Notes: generated from the letters alone by a model not told the origin. Counted from the first letter of the stretch, positions 1 to 12,900 are shown. The stretch: 64,000 nt of DNA from Monocercomonoides exilis PA203 (GCA_001643675.2 LSRY02000025.1:992001-1056000); one strand, 5' to 3'. Translations and numbers: made by a program.

Positions 1-719
1 ACTCGGAGAAGTGCTCCATAAGTATACCAAGTGTTGTGTCCAAGAAACAATTCATCACGCTTTTCGGTTAATTTAATTAAAGCGGAGCAACGGCCTTGTC
101 GAAGAATTCGATCGGCTTTCTCATCGGGCGTTTCTCCTTCATGTTTGATATATTTTTGTATAACATCAATTAGATCACCTGTACACATAAGAAACCAAAG
201 ATCTGATTGTGTTCGTGATTCTTCATCATCCTTGTTGTAATTCCATCCATCAAGCAAGCCTAGGAATTGGCAGAAAAGCATTTCTACATGCTGAACATAA
301 GGATCATTCGCCAATTCTTCGTTTTGAATAAGATCCTTAATATAATTGAGATTTCCTGCAATCCAATCATAAACTTCATCAGGTATATTTTGCTCAGGAC
401 TTTGTTTCTTCAGAAAATCCATAACATTATTATAATAAGCATCAATTCGGGACTGCATAATATATCCTTCCAGTTTCCCTGCCATTTTCATAACTTTTTG
501 CGCATAAGAAGTTTGATTAATATAAATTTCGAGTTTGTCCCATCCTTCTGTTTCCAAAGAGGCTACGTATTTACAGGTAACTTGGGAAAATGGACGAACT
601 CCCTCATAGATTTGATAAGCTTGGTTTTCATCCATTTCATCAATCACTCGCCCAGAAAACCATTTTGTCTCTGGTTCGGCCATAAGGTTCAAAGTTAAAG
701 CAAGCAAAATTTTGAACAT
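1..719 (-). CDS. Phospholipase B-like protein (Ntn-hydrolase, PLBD/Phospholip_B family), 5' part; runs off the window start
   Basis: Absent from the ORF track because there is no stop inside the window. Manual translation from ATG at 719: MFKILLALTLNL (signal peptide)...EGWDKLEI...AGKLEGY...GDLIDV...GRCSALIKL...LFLGHNTWYTYGALLRV. CSALIK is the autocatalytic Cys site and HNTW..Y...LR is a PLBD hallmark. Confidence 0.88.
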   Translation of the reverse strand, partial: MFKILLALTLNLMAEPETKWFSGRVIDEMDENQAYQIYEGVRPFSQVTCKYVASLETEGWDKLEIYINQTSYAQKVMKMAGKLEGYIMQSRIDAYYNNVMDFLKKQSPEQNIPDEVYDWIAGNLNYIKDLIQNEELANDPYVQHVEMLFCQFLGLLDGWNYNKDDEESRTQSDLWFLMCTGDLIDVIQKYIKHEGETPDEKADRILRQGRCSALIKLTEKRDELFLGHNTWYTYGALLR

Positions 720-2619
720 TGAAAGCTTGTAGCTGAAAAGAATTGATAGGATCGCAAACAGGAATTTTAACTTAGATAATGGGACATGGTTCGTTGATCT
801 TCTTCTTCAATTATTAATTAAAGGTCCAGTTTCTTCTTAGAAAGTTTTTGTTAATAATGCTTAAAATTATTGATAACAAAACGTTTCAAGATGTTTAGAA
901 ACAAGTTTAAAAATAAAATCATGAACATTTGATTTGATTAATTTTTTTTTTGAAGCTTATGGACATACGAGATATTTTACCTAGAGAGTGAGCGATTTTA
1001 GGAAAATGAACAAATTGCGAACAAGTTGTGGTTATAACGGAAAAGTCTTATCCTTGGATATTATTCTCACGATAACTATTGAAACCAATTCATTATATGG
1101 AAGATTTTGTTGAATTGGATGAAGATCTTCTTTCGCAAGGCATATTGCAAATCGAAAAATCAACAATCAACTCCTCAGAAAGTTCAAATGAATCTTCATT
1201 TGAGGATGTTTCAGTTTTTAACAGACAATAAGTGCAACTCCAAATGAATAGAATTTGAAAAAACAGGAAAAGTTCCAAATCCACATTGCAATCGATTCAA
1301 TATCTGATGAAGCCAAAGAGTGCCAGAGAATAAATGGGAAGAAATGGCATAAAGATGATTTGATCAAAAAAGAAGATGAAGCGAATTGATTCCATCGAGA
1401 ATTTTGAAGGAAACTGTTTTGTGAAGAGATGGAAATCTGTTTTGTTGAAAAGGAACACGAAAGATTTAAAAATGACGAAAAGAAAAGAAAGAAATAAAAC
1501 AAAGGAATTTGTGTGATGCTTGGTTAAGCGAAAAGAAAAAAAGAAGAAAGCGATGTTGAAACAAATTTGCAGATGAGAAGTGCAGAAGAAGAGGAAAAGG
1601 AGAAACAAACCATGAAGAAACCATTTTCGAATGAAATGACTCGGAACAATGATGATTTTCTCAGAGCAAATATCATGAAAAATTATATTTCATTTGCATC
1701 AATGAAACAAAGACTATAGAAAACCAATGAATGAAATGATGACTCATTTAGCAACAAAAAACAACCAGCGGAACTTCAATCGACTTGCTTCCTGACTCAA
1801 CTGATCGTGAAATCCGCATTGTATTCTTTATCTTCTGCATTGCCTCGTTTTCCATCTGTCAATCAATCAATCAATCAATGAGTCTGTCTGTCTTTTTTTC
1901 TTTGTCTTCATCTTCTTTTTTCATACATGTTTTGAGCTCCATCCAGCGTGTGACTTTCAACAATGGAAGGAATTGTTCCAATTTCTGAGCAGACAAAATG
2001 AAAAAGTCTTCCATTCTTTTCTTCTTTGTGAGGAGAAGCGTGAAAAAGTTAGGAGTTGCTATTTTTTGACGGATAGATGAAGAACGGGAGAATTGTCACT
2101 GTAGAAAAGGAAGAAGCAGAAACAGAAGAAACAACAAATAAACATTAACTGGAGCGAAGATATGAATTGGACTGAGTTGGATGAAAAGATTAGCGGAGAG
2201 AAATGAAAAAAGAAAAAAAAAAGAGAGGGAGAGGGAGAGGGAGAGGGAGAGGGAGAGGGAGAAAGAGAAAGAGAAAGAAAAGGGAATTTCGAGGAAAGAA
2301 ATCAGAAATCTGGAAGAATGTTCAGATGGAGATGAAGAGATGCTCTGGAATTATTATCAAAAGAATTACCTTTGGGGATGGAGGTTGCAGCTGCTTTGTA
2401 TTTGTCGGGGATGACAGAAGTTATGAGGAGGTGTAATGAATGAGAAGATGATTTGACAAAAGAGGCAAGATTTAAGAACAATAAAGGTTTGCCAAATTTT
2501 AGTGTTTTTATAAGAATTAATTTTTCTTTGATTTATTCTTTTTTCACAAGAACTGACATCAGAGTTTTTGTGGGTGTCTTTCAAAAACAATGATGGAATC
2601 CAAAATAGCATCAGAAGCT

Positions 2620-3345
2620 GGAAACGGAAGAGTATTTGGCAAGGTTAGTGGAAAAGAACACGAATGAGTCATTGGTGGAATAAGTTTCGAAGATAAATAG
2701 ATCTTTTATATATTTTTTAACAAGATTCCTTTGATGAGCAACAGAAGGAGATGGGAAAGAGAAGCAGGCGAATTGGGACAATGGCAAACATCAAATTGAA
2801 GGAATGGAAAAGAAAAGGAGAGATGAATGGAAGACTGTTTGGAGGAGATAGCGACATGGGGATGAAGAGGAGAGAAAGAGAAGGAAGAGGAAGAGAAGGA
2901 GGAGGAAGAGAAGGAGAAAAAAGAGAAGAAGAAAGTGCAGGAGAAAGAGAGGGAGGAGGAAATGTTTTGGTGAACAAGACTCATTTCTCTTCTTTTTGTG
3001 TGTCTTCAGCCCCATTCATTTCGTCGTCTTTGTATGTCTTTTCAAACTAACCTTCTTCAACATCTCCACAAATCCACAGAAAATAAGACAACTGGGTGAA
3101 GTGTTGGGCCAAAGGGTGTTTCTGATGAGCGAGTGCACATTTTCATCAGTGTGGGATGTTTATGATGGGGGCATTGTCCCTTCACTGAACAGCTCCTCAT
3201 CTTCCTTGGCTGCTTCGAACACCTTATTTGTCAGATGATGTCGCTCTCAGAATGTTTCAATTTGTGGAAGTGAAGGGAATCCACTGAAACCGAGGAGACA
3301 GAATCAGAGAGATAATGGGGCTTATTCTTTCACCTAGTGCAAATG
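2620..3345 (+). pseudogene. Decayed 5' fragment of a multicopy Cys/Ser-rich beta-helix-type gene family (second copy ~55500-56235)
   Basis: Frame-broken pieces FSSFCVSSAPFISS and FLMSECTFSSVWDVYDGGIVPSLNSSSSSLAASNTLFVR resemble the F.NCWNVFYGGV...ASSNCSF segment of the intact surface protein. Multiple stops and frameshifts. Confidence 0.5.
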
Positions 3346-4163
3346 GAATGGATCGAAAAGAACCAAAAGCAATGAATCACTTGCTGGTAGAATTTCGAGA
3401 GGAGGGATTGCAAGCACAAGCAGTCTGACACAGAGAATGCTTGAAGCGAAGTATCGTTGATTAAATTGCTTCGCTTCATGTGCTTTACTGTTGTTTTTGC
3501 TTTTTGAACCAATTTTTTCAAAAAAAAAAAAAAATCAGAATTGAAAGACAACGCGAAAGGATCGATTATAATATTTCGTGGGCTGTTTGTTTGTTTTGAT
3601 TATGTGAAATTTGAATATATCGGAGAGTGAGATTTATAAGGAATTCAAGTTACAAAAACAGTTCTGAAACCATTTTCATCAACTTCTTCATCTCTATTAC
3701 AAAAAAGAAAAACTATTTCTTAATGCACACTTGATAATTTCACTAACAATATTTATTTCTATCTCGAACGAAATTTAATTTTCTTTTTTTTTTCGTGGAA
3801 AAAGAACAAATTTCATCAATAAAAATTTCGAAAAGAGAAATGTTGTTTCTCATGATCTCATTTCAACGAAAAAAGTTAAGTCCTTATAAGCATGACTTAT
3901 TCGTATTCGAGAATTTCATTCAATTTAAAAATTTCATATCTAACTTTCTAATTATCAAATTTTGTGTGTAAATTGAATAATGGTCAATAATGATTTAATA
4001 TTAAAAGACATTATCATTTTCTCAGATTCAACTCTATTTCATTCATCCTCCAAAAGGAAAAAAAAGTTTGTCAAAAAAGAATCGAAGAAAAGCGATTATT
4101 TGTGGTATGATCGTTTCCATATTTCAAAAATAGTTATTGAAAAAACAGCTTTAAACAGTATTT

Positions 4164-5939
4164 ATGATGATCCCTTGTATTGCGTTCGTATTTGCATTGG
4201 GGCTGAATGCGGTTGAAGTGCAAGCAGGACCTGCAGCCATGACCACGCTTTGGGCTTCAGACAGAGAGAATGGAATTGGCTGTTTGACAAAGGCAGTGAA
4301 TTCGTCGATGAGAGTTGTGCGCGCCAAGCTGATTGGTGTGCAAAAAGGTTCAATCGGAGAGTTTGTGGCAGGCTCTGAAGTGATCCTACAGGACTGCGTG
4401 ATTGAGGCGACGAACACCGAAAAGTCACCATTTTTGCTTGCTGGGTCGTCTTTGGTTGCAAACGGCATTGAGATTGTTGCACAGCAGCATGGCTCTGTTG
4501 CGTGCTTCTGCGAGAACAGAGATGGGCAGGAGGAACTGCTCCTGAAGGATTCGAGGTTCGATAATCTCATGTGTGTGGGGGAAAGTTCGTTCCTTCCGGT
4601 GCAAGGGAAGGGAATGTCTGTTGTGGATTGCGCATTCAACAACGCTACAAAGCAAAGGGGATTTGTTGGAATTCCGCATGCGCCAGGGTGCTTGGAGACA
4701 CATTTGAGTGGATCGAGCTTTTTCAATTGCTGGAACGTGTTTTATGGGGGAGTCATGGGAGGAATGAATGTGCATGTGTTTGCTTCGAGCAATTGCAGCT
4801 TTTGTCAGTGCAAGCACAACTTGCAATTTCAGTTGGTTGGAGATTATCCTCCTTACCCTCAGCCAACACCGCCAATAAATGAAACGTATGAAGACGAAAA
4901 ATTTGATTCTCGCAAGGAATACGCAAGTTATAGCTCATCATATATATCTGTAACTTTCATAAATTGCATATTTTCCTCATGCAAAGGAAGTTCAGGAGGC
5001 GGTCTATATGTTCAAAGCGGCTATGCAAAGGTTGATTCTTGCACTTTTGAAAGCTGCTCAGCTGAGTCTAGTGGTGGTGCACTGTGTTTTAGTGGGTATG
5101 GTTCAAGTGGGTATGGTTCTAGTTTAAATTTGAAGAAAAGCAAGTTCATTAAGTGCTCAACTACAGGCATTGAAGGCGATAGTGATTCACTTGGATCCAG
5201 TTCTGGTGGTGCTGTTTATATCAGTGGTAGTTGTTATATATCTGAATTGACTGGAGAGGAGTGCGTCTCAGGATCGGGAGGTTTTATGTACGTGTCATCA
5301 ACTTCGGATGCAATGTGGGTAGGGCTGACAATTAAGAAGTGCAAAACTACGGTCGGAAATGGATGGAATTTGGGGGGTGCCATATTATTTTCAAGTGCTG
5401 ATTTATTGACAATTAAGGAGTCATTGTTCCAAAAATGCGAGGCTGGATTTAGCGGAGGAGCATTGGCTTTTTATTACGTATACAAAGCAAATGATTTTCA
5501 CATTCTAAACTGTAAGTTTAGAGAAAACAAGGCAATTAGAAACATGGAATATGTCAAAAAAGAATTTGAAGATGTGGACGAGGAAAATCGGATTGAGTTT
5601 ACGAAGAAAATGTGCGTGAGCGACATATTCGTTTTTGAAAACGAAACCCACGGAGTATTTACAAAAGATAATTTTGTCGGAACAACTTCATCGAGCAGGA
5701 GTAAGCGGACATACAGCCGTTCTCAAGGGAACTTTGACAATTTGATAAAAGGAGCCCTGTCAACAGGAGGAATTATTGGACTTGTTATTGGCTTGGTTGC
5801 AGCTGTTGTTATTATTGTTGTAGTGATTATTATAGTTATGCGTGTTTTGAAGAAAAAGAAAGTGGGAAACTCAGATAAGGATAAAGAAATGGAGACTGTT
5901 GAAGCATCAAAACAAGGAGAAACTGCTTCAGAAGCTTAA
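4164..5939 (+). CDS. Type I membrane surface protein with pectin-lyase-like/Pmp-like beta-helix repeats (paralog A)
   Basis: 591-aa ORF with a hydrophobic N-terminus, repeated GGA[L/V/I] and FxxC/FxxN motifs, a C-terminal TM helix (GGIIGLVIGLVAAVVIIVVVIIIV) followed by KKKK and a short tail. Confidence 0.85.
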   Translation: MMIPCIAFVFALGLNAVEVQAGPAAMTTLWASDRENGIGCLTKAVNSSMRVVRAKLIGVQKGSIGEFVAGSEVILQDCVIEATNTEKSPFLLAGSSLVANGIEIVAQQHGSVACFCENRDGQEELLLKDSRFDNLMCVGESSFLPVQGKGMSVVDCAFNNATKQRGFVGIPHAPGCLETHLSGSSFFNCWNVFYGGVMGGMNVHVFASSNCSFCQCKHNLQFQLVGDYPPYPQPTPPINETYEDEKFDSRKEYASYSSSYISVTFINCIFSSCKGSSGGGLYVQSGYAKVDSCTFESCSAESSGGALCFSGYGSSGYGSSLNLKKSKFIKCSTTGIEGDSDSLGSSSGGAVYISGSCYISELTGEECVSGSGGFMYVSSTSDAMWVGLTIKKCKTTVGNGWNLGGAILFSSADLLTIKESLFQKCEAGFSGGALAFYYVYKANDFHILNCKFRENKAIRNMEYVKKEFEDVDEENRIEFTKKMCVSDIFVFENETHGVFTKDNFVGTTSSSRSKRTYSRSQGNFDNLIKGALSTGGIIGLVIGLVAAVVIIVVVIIIVMRVLKKKKVGNSDKDKEMETVEASKQGETASEA

Positions 5940-6799
5940 ACAGAATAGCCCAACCGGACTATTTTGTTATTTATTTGGAGTCCCTGTTTCTTTTTTATTC
6001 AGTTTTCTTTTTATTTGATTTTTCGCTAATGAGATTGTACTTCCCATAGTTATACCGCTGTTTGCATATTTATGCAAACTTTTGTTGATTAACCTGTTTT
6101 CTTTTATAGTCATTTTTGACGATCTGCTAAAGGCTCATTTTGTTGCTTTTAATCGACTTTAACTTTTTATTTTTTTATTTTTTTGAGACTGGTGGAATTG
6201 ATGATTAAGGGACTCGACTTAAATCAAACAGAATCTATTACGCTTTAACCAAATGCGTATTTATTATTGATACTTTTGCTTTAATATTAATTTCGATATT
6301 TTTTAATCTTCAATTTTTGTATTTCTTTTTCTATTTTCAATTTTTTTTTATTTGAACGATAGTGCCATTTCCTATCCAACATTTATGGTTGAAAAGATCC
6401 CTTTCAGATTATGCTTAATAGATACAATGAGAATAGAAAGGTTTTATTCGAATAAAAACAACTTATTCAAATAAACAAAGTTAATTCGGAATAAATTATT
6501 TTTATTGGAAAAAAAAATTAATTGGAATAAACTCTGTCTTTTCGGAATAACTTTTTTTGAATAAAATTTATTGTGGTTTAAAAAAAATTCTCAAGAATCA
6601 CTTTCTTAAATAGCATTTATTTTTTAACAATTTTTTTTTTTATTTGTAAAAAACCATTTTATTAATAAGATTTGTTTTAAATACATGCGATCAAAAATTT
6701 TTGAAATGTAATTTAAAATGATTGATGAAATAAAATTATCTTCAATTTGCAACAAATAAAAACGAACAAAAATAGACTAGGTGAGCCATAACTTTTAGC

Positions 6800-7449
6800 A
6801 ACATTCAGAAACTCGTTTTTATTCGGATTTTTTGTAATAGAATGATTTTAATCTAAAAATAAAACATGCTAGGGGTGAATTTTCCATTTTTAGAATACTT
6901 TTTCTTCAATGAAAAAAATCAAATACAGATATCGCATAAAATACCGGACATCGCACTAAATACCGGACAAGATCAATTTCACAACAACCGCAAGAGGAAT
7001 AATTCTGACAATTTTCTTCAAAATATATCTCATCAATGCCAACTCATTTGATATACAAAACTTAAAAAATAGCTGCATTTGTTCTCAGAAAGAATTAATG
7101 ATTGAAATCTCGGAGAAACTCAAAATCCTATTCCTCCGAGATTTCAATCATTAATTCTTTCTGAGAACAAATGCAGCTATTTTTTAAGTTTTGTATATCA
7201 AATGAGTTGGCATTGATGAGATATATTTTGAAGAAAATTGTCAGAATTATTCCTCTTGCGGTTGTTGTGAAATTGATCTTGTCCGGTATTTAGTGCGATG
7301 TCCGGTATTTTATGCGATATCTGTATTTGATTTTTTTCATTGAAGAAAAAGTATTCTAAAAATGGAAAATTCACCCCTAGCATGTTTTATTTTTAGATTA
7401 AAATCATTCTATTACAAAAAATCCGAATAAAAACGAGTTTCTGAATGTT
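6800..7449. repeat. Long palindrome: 316-bp arms (6800-7115 / 7134-7449), 18-nt spacer
   Basis: The arms are reverse complements, and the track reports the same 61-aa ORF on both strands (6866+ and 7383-). Confidence 0.95.
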
Positions 7450-7629
7450 ACTTAAAGTTGTGATTAACCATAGACTAACAGTTAGCAACAAAATACAATT
7501 GATCATTTCACAATGCATGTTTATTCTTTTTTGTTGATTTTTCAATCTATTCTTCACATTTATGATCAAACTGAAAAAAAAAACCAAAAACAATATTTAA
7601 TTGCAAAATGATAAATATTTCGATGAAAT

Positions 7630-8820
7630 CATTCAAGATACCTGATTATGCTGGTAATTCGCCCATCCACTTGAAACTCTATCAGTTGCAGATAATGATA
7701 TCCCAGTTGTTTTTGTGTAATTCCATTTGTTCCAAGAAAATGAATTATCATCAATGCATTTATCTGTTTGACACAACGATCCCTTTTCATCTTTATCTCT
7801 CACAAACTCATTTGTACTCCTCTTCTCATCCTTCTCCTTCTCCATCTCATCACCCACCAAACTCCCCAAGCTATCCACATATTCTGTGAAGTTCATCATC
7901 ATTTTTTGTTGCTCAAACACATCCCTATTCTCTGACACGCTGTTGCTTGCAAATACACATGCGCTGCCCAATCATCTCTTCCTGAGAATCGCACGAGGTG
8001 TAAGCACAGTCACAAGCAGTGGTCGAGAGATGGAAGAAATTGAAGAAGGAGATGAGAAGAAGGAGAGGAACAGGACGATCTGTTCGAAGACAGAGGAATC
8101 TGCAATATCTGAACAGAACCAGATATTCCATCTCTGGCTGCTATAACGAATGTGTTTGTCTTGTCTTGTGTAGCTGACGAGCTGCACGTGCAAACAGAAC
8201 GAAACTGTGAAGATAGCAGGAAAACTGCACACGTCTGTTGTGTGTTTTCTGTTGCTTCCAGAGTGAAACTCTAAACACACTTGGCGATGAGCTTCTAGTC
8301 GCATTGTGATCAATCCTCACATGGAACATCACCAATTGACCGCTTGCCACTCTCTTCCCATGCAGATCTCTCTTGTAATTTCCGTCCATACCAATTTTCC
8401 GATCCTTCATCCCCTCTTTCAGCCAATCCTTCTTTTCTGTATGCTGATAACCATTATAATAATAGCACACTCTCTTATCATTGCTATTCGTTGTGTACGA
8501 TTCATAGAACGGGTTGTATGAAGAAAAGAGATTGTTATTATCTTGAAAATACACATCGTGGCCATACGGAGTGGAAGCGTTGCAACTGCAATCGTGGAAG
8601 AAGAAGAAATAAAAATAATGATTGTTGCTTGGGGCTGTTGATTGAGCTGGATTCAACTCCATTCCTCCACCATTCGACACCGCTGAGCACGAAATGAACT
8701 GGAGGCTCCTCATTTTGAATGCAGAAGGGATATAGAAAATACATCCCTCCGCCGTATAAATATGCAAGATAACACGAAGTCAAAAAGAAAACAATCACAT
8801 GAACTCTCCCATTTGCAGTT
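7630..8820 (-). pseudogene. Fragmented member of a multicopy Cys-rich gene family
   Basis: Pieces such as FISCSAVSNGGGMEL...FFFHDCSC...GHDVYF...NPFYESYTTNSNDKRVCY, broken by stops and frameshifts. Confidence 0.5.
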
Positions 8821-9715
8821 TTCTGTTCTAAAGTGGATTTTCATATTAGAAATTTTATGAAAAAAGTGCTTTTTCGTAATTTCCTTTGCATGTTTGATTT
8901 TAACTCGATTCTGATAATCAATTCTTTAATAATATAATAAATTGCATTTCCATTCCTTGCATGATTAATGCTTCTTGTTTCATTGAGTAATATTCAGCCA
9001 ATTATCCACGTCAACATACCACATTCAAATTTTCTAAAATATAGCCTTTTCGGTAAGTGTGAACAAAACGTACTGTTCAAAATGCTTTTGAAAACGTGAA
9101 TGTTCGTTATCAAAATAAGAAATAAGTCCATGTGGGATATTTTTTCAGGTAAATTTTGTCGAATTCGAATAATTGAATTGGTGACCCATTTTTGAAATTC
9201 TTAATCAACAAATCACCTGTTTCAAGTCTTTTTTTTGATAAATAAAGCACTTTTCAATAATTTATGTTTATATTTTTATTAATATTATACCCTAATTCAC
9301 TCGTTATGAAGGCATTGAAACCAATAGCCTCTCTAAAATTTAATTAGAAGTTTTGAGAAATAATATTATTTGGGTTTGATCATAGATTTTTTGATGAAAA
9401 AGGCGATTTTTTATCGCAAGAATTTTGAGTCGAATTTAAATATTACAATTTAATTGATTGCTTTGTATCCATTCAGTCTTGCTTTTTTTGGAAATAAAAC
9501 TTTCTTTGTGTTATTTTTTGAATAGTGCGTGTGTGATTTTTTTTGACATCATAAAAAAAATCGAAAATTGAAAAAATAAATTCTATTGTGGTATTTTTTG
9601 ATCATAGAGTTAAATTGGTTATTCATGAGTATTTCGCTTTTATATCTGTTATATATATTTGTTTTATTTATTAATATGAAAAAAGCATACCTTTTTAATG
9701 TTTTGGTTAAAAAGT

Positions 9716-9716
<1 letters not shown>

Positions 9717-9777
<61 letters not shown>
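9717..9777. repeat. T61 homopolymer followed by an A-rich tract
   Basis: Seen directly; the A-rich tract continues to ~9827. Confidence 0.95.
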
Positions 9778-11229
9778 CAAAAAAAATAAAAGAAAAAAGA
9801 AAAAAAAAAAGAAAAAAGAAGAAAAAAATTAATGATCTATCTATCTTAAAAAGGTTAACAGAAATTTCAAAACTAGAAAAACAAAATATTGTAAAGAAAA
9901 CATTAAAAAGAAGAATATAAAAGAAAAAAGAAAACAAAATTATTGAATTAAATTGATCAAAAGCAGTAAATTTTCTTTTTTTTCCCTTTCCTTTGAATAG
10001 CCAACAAATCTCCAATTCTTTTATTTGATTCAGCAGCTTCATCAAACGAAAACAGATATAGTGGTGCATGGGATAAATCCAAGTTCAATATTTGGCTCCT
10101 CCTCATCAACCAGAATAAAATTGATTTCAGCAATGGAACTAATTCTGGTACCTGTGGCAGACCCCAACAGACTCCATGTGCCACCATCGAGTATGCCCTC
10201 ACTGGATTCATTTCTCTCCTCCAAGACGCCTCTCTCACACTCCTCACCTCAATATTTGTTACTCTTCAAACACTCACCTTCAGCGCGGTTGATACAAAAA
10301 TCATTTGAAATGATAAACTTTTTCTGATTCTCATGTTAATTCTTTCATTTTCTCATTTTTGACCATTTTCCATTTCATAGAAAAATATTTATGCTTTCAT
10401 ATCACTTTCAACTGAAGCATTTATCATCACTTATTTTTTCAAAATCCTTAACGTCTCCTCAGATAAAAATATTTCTTCGAAATTTCTTCATCAAATTTCT
10501 CCTTTTCATCAAATATGAATTGAGCTCAAGAAAAAAGATTCATTTTTGTCGTATCTTCAAAAAGAATATATTCATATATATCAGGTAATTTTTTTCTGAT
10601 TATAATTTCATCAGTTTTCTTATTCCAACATGCTTGCATCCGATTAGCGCTAATATATCATTCAATTTCTTTTCAAATAAGCCTTTCCCTCCAAATTCCT
10701 TTTCCTCTTCATTTCATTTCCAACAATTTGCTCCAGTTTCGTGAAATGTGTAACCTGCTGAAGGCTATTTTTGGAACCCATCCATTTCATTAAAAAATAG
10801 CATCAACACCATTTCCTTTTCACTTCAAATGCTTCAGCATTTAAATGAAAAAGTCAGAATAGATTTTCTTGCTGATTGCATGCCTTCTGATCAGCTTTTC
10901 TATGCAAAAAATAGAATCGTTTCCGTTGATATATAATATCAGCCGATATTCATTCTTTGAATAAGTTTTTCTTTGTATCTTTCCAAATTGCTACGATAGA
11001 TGATGTCTAGCATTGAATTCGATGATGGTTGAATGAAAAGGAAGTAGACAAAGAAAGAACAGGCAGTGAAAGTGGAGAAAGTGAGCCAGGATCAACAGGA
11101 TTAGAAATGGATGGATGAACAGCTTGAGATAAAAGGAAGGGAGAAGAAGAGATTCTGAGTAAAGGAGAAGATTGCTGTTGGACGTTCATAAACAAGGACG
11201 AATTGACAAGCGAAGAGGTGCAATGAGAA

Positions 11230-12900
11230 AGAGGATGCAGAGAAATATTTGTATTTGAACAAAATCAGCAGCTGAATCAAAAGGCGCAACCAAATTGAGG
11301 GCAGGGTATTTCTGCATCAGATCCATCGCAATTGAATTCTGCGAAGTGAAGAAAGATTCCAACTTTGAGAACGAAAGCGATGAAAACAGCTTCGACAGCG
11401 CATCCCTTCTTCCAGGCACGCTGTTCTGACTGAATGTTCTTATCCCTTTCTCCTTAAACAGCAGCGGTGATCCTTTCCCTGCTCCTTTCCTTCCCTTTCT
11501 GTGTGTCACTTCTGCTTCCTCTTTGTGTGTCCACCAGCCCCTCCACTTCATCCCCCTTCCTCTTCTCAACTCTGCCCGGCTCTGCCTCAGCCCGCTCTTC
11601 AGCTCACTCATCAGATCCAACTGCGTTCTTGTATGGCTCGTATCGACAACTGCAAACACAGGCATTTTCCGCATCTTCCACACAAATTGCAAGTTTTCCT
11701 CGCTTTTGATACGCACATAGCGGCAAGGCACATCCTGTTCATCGCTCAAATCTTCCAGGTCAGAATTAGCGAGGTCATTCAGCATGCAGTCCAATTTCTG
11801 CTCTCTTGTCAAAATTGGAGTTTGGTTTTCTTTCGCCTCTTGTTGCGCCTCGCTTGCCATTTTGTTCACCTTCTGGTTGGTCGGCGTGCCTGTCTCAAGG
11901 TGTGATTGCAGTATCCCTTGGATGCTGCAAACGGATTCTTGTCTTTTTCCTCCATCTTCTTTGCTATTTTCTCCATTTTCCTGCGCTCCCGCTCTTCTTT
12001 CTCATTCCTCTTCTTCTGTATTTCCTGTTGTTTCATCAGCCTAAGCAGGTTTTCTGTTAGATCATCAGATTCCAAAGAACTATCCATGATCTTCGCTTCT
12101 TCATCGTCCCCTTTCCCTTTCTCATTCTGAAACTCATCTTGCATCGCCCTTGTCACTTCTTTGTTCAAATCCTTCATCCCCGTAACACCCAACGCTACCC
12201 CTCCTCCTCCTCCTCCAACAGCAGGAAACAGCTGAGTTGCAGGTGCACCTACAGCTCCTCTCCATATCTCCATCTCTTGACTGTTCGCAATAAATGCTCT
12301 CCCTCCGGCTCCTCTCCAATCGCCGTCCATTCGCTTCCCTCGCATAAAGTGCATCGTTCCAAAGGCGCCTCTTCCTGAAGTGTATTGCTTAGGTTGTGGA
12401 GAAGGTGACGGTGTTGGAGAGGTATTTGCTGTTGTGTTCTGTTGTTGTGGTTGTTGATGCTGTTTTTGTTGTGATTGCGATGAAAGAGGCTCGGGCTTTG
12501 GTTCTTCGGAATGTGTTTCTTCTTTTTTGTTTGTTATTGACTCTTTTGCGTTTGTATTCTTATCTGATTCTGTTTGATTAACTTTCTTTTGAAGCATTTC
12601 AACACTTTCTTGAACTTCGTTGTTTTCATTTCCTTTCTTTTTTATAGAAACACTTTGTTTTGTTTCAGTGTCATTCGCATCATCGTCGTATGCTCCTTCC
12701 TTTTCACTCACATCGCTCTCCAAACTATCAGTTGATTCGTCATCTGATAGAATTCCTCCAACATACACTCCATTCTAAAAGCTCATCAGCTAAAGAATAT
12801 TTTCATCGTCTGCATTGTCCTCTTCATACAGCCAGCCGTCCCCTGAGCTTATGCCCCACCAATCGTCGTCGTCAAATTCTTCTTCTCTTCTTCAACGCTG
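11230..12900 (-). pseudogene. Low-complexity unknown gene remnant, duplicated at ~31400-32890
   Basis: ORFs 11866-12768 and 11186-11869 match ORFs 32524-32778 and 31259-32239 (MYVGGILSDDESTDSLE..., KLDCMLNDLANSDLEDLSDEQDV...). The frame breaks differ between copies. Confidence 0.7.

Larger units (their letters stand above)
1165..6410 (+). repeat. Segmental direct duplication, copy A (pairs with ~54090-59800)
   Basis: Long collinear near-identity, e.g. aactcctcagaaagttcaaatgaatcttcatt at ~1170 and ~54091. The ORF track gives identical short ORFs at 3980 and 57409. Boundaries are approximate. Confidence 0.92.

Noticed and set aside
2222-2285. (GAGAGG)n/(GAGAAA)n tract giving RG- or ER-repeat ORFs
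   Set aside because: Simple microsatellite that is shorter in the duplicate copy (~55125-55165); not evidence of a protein.
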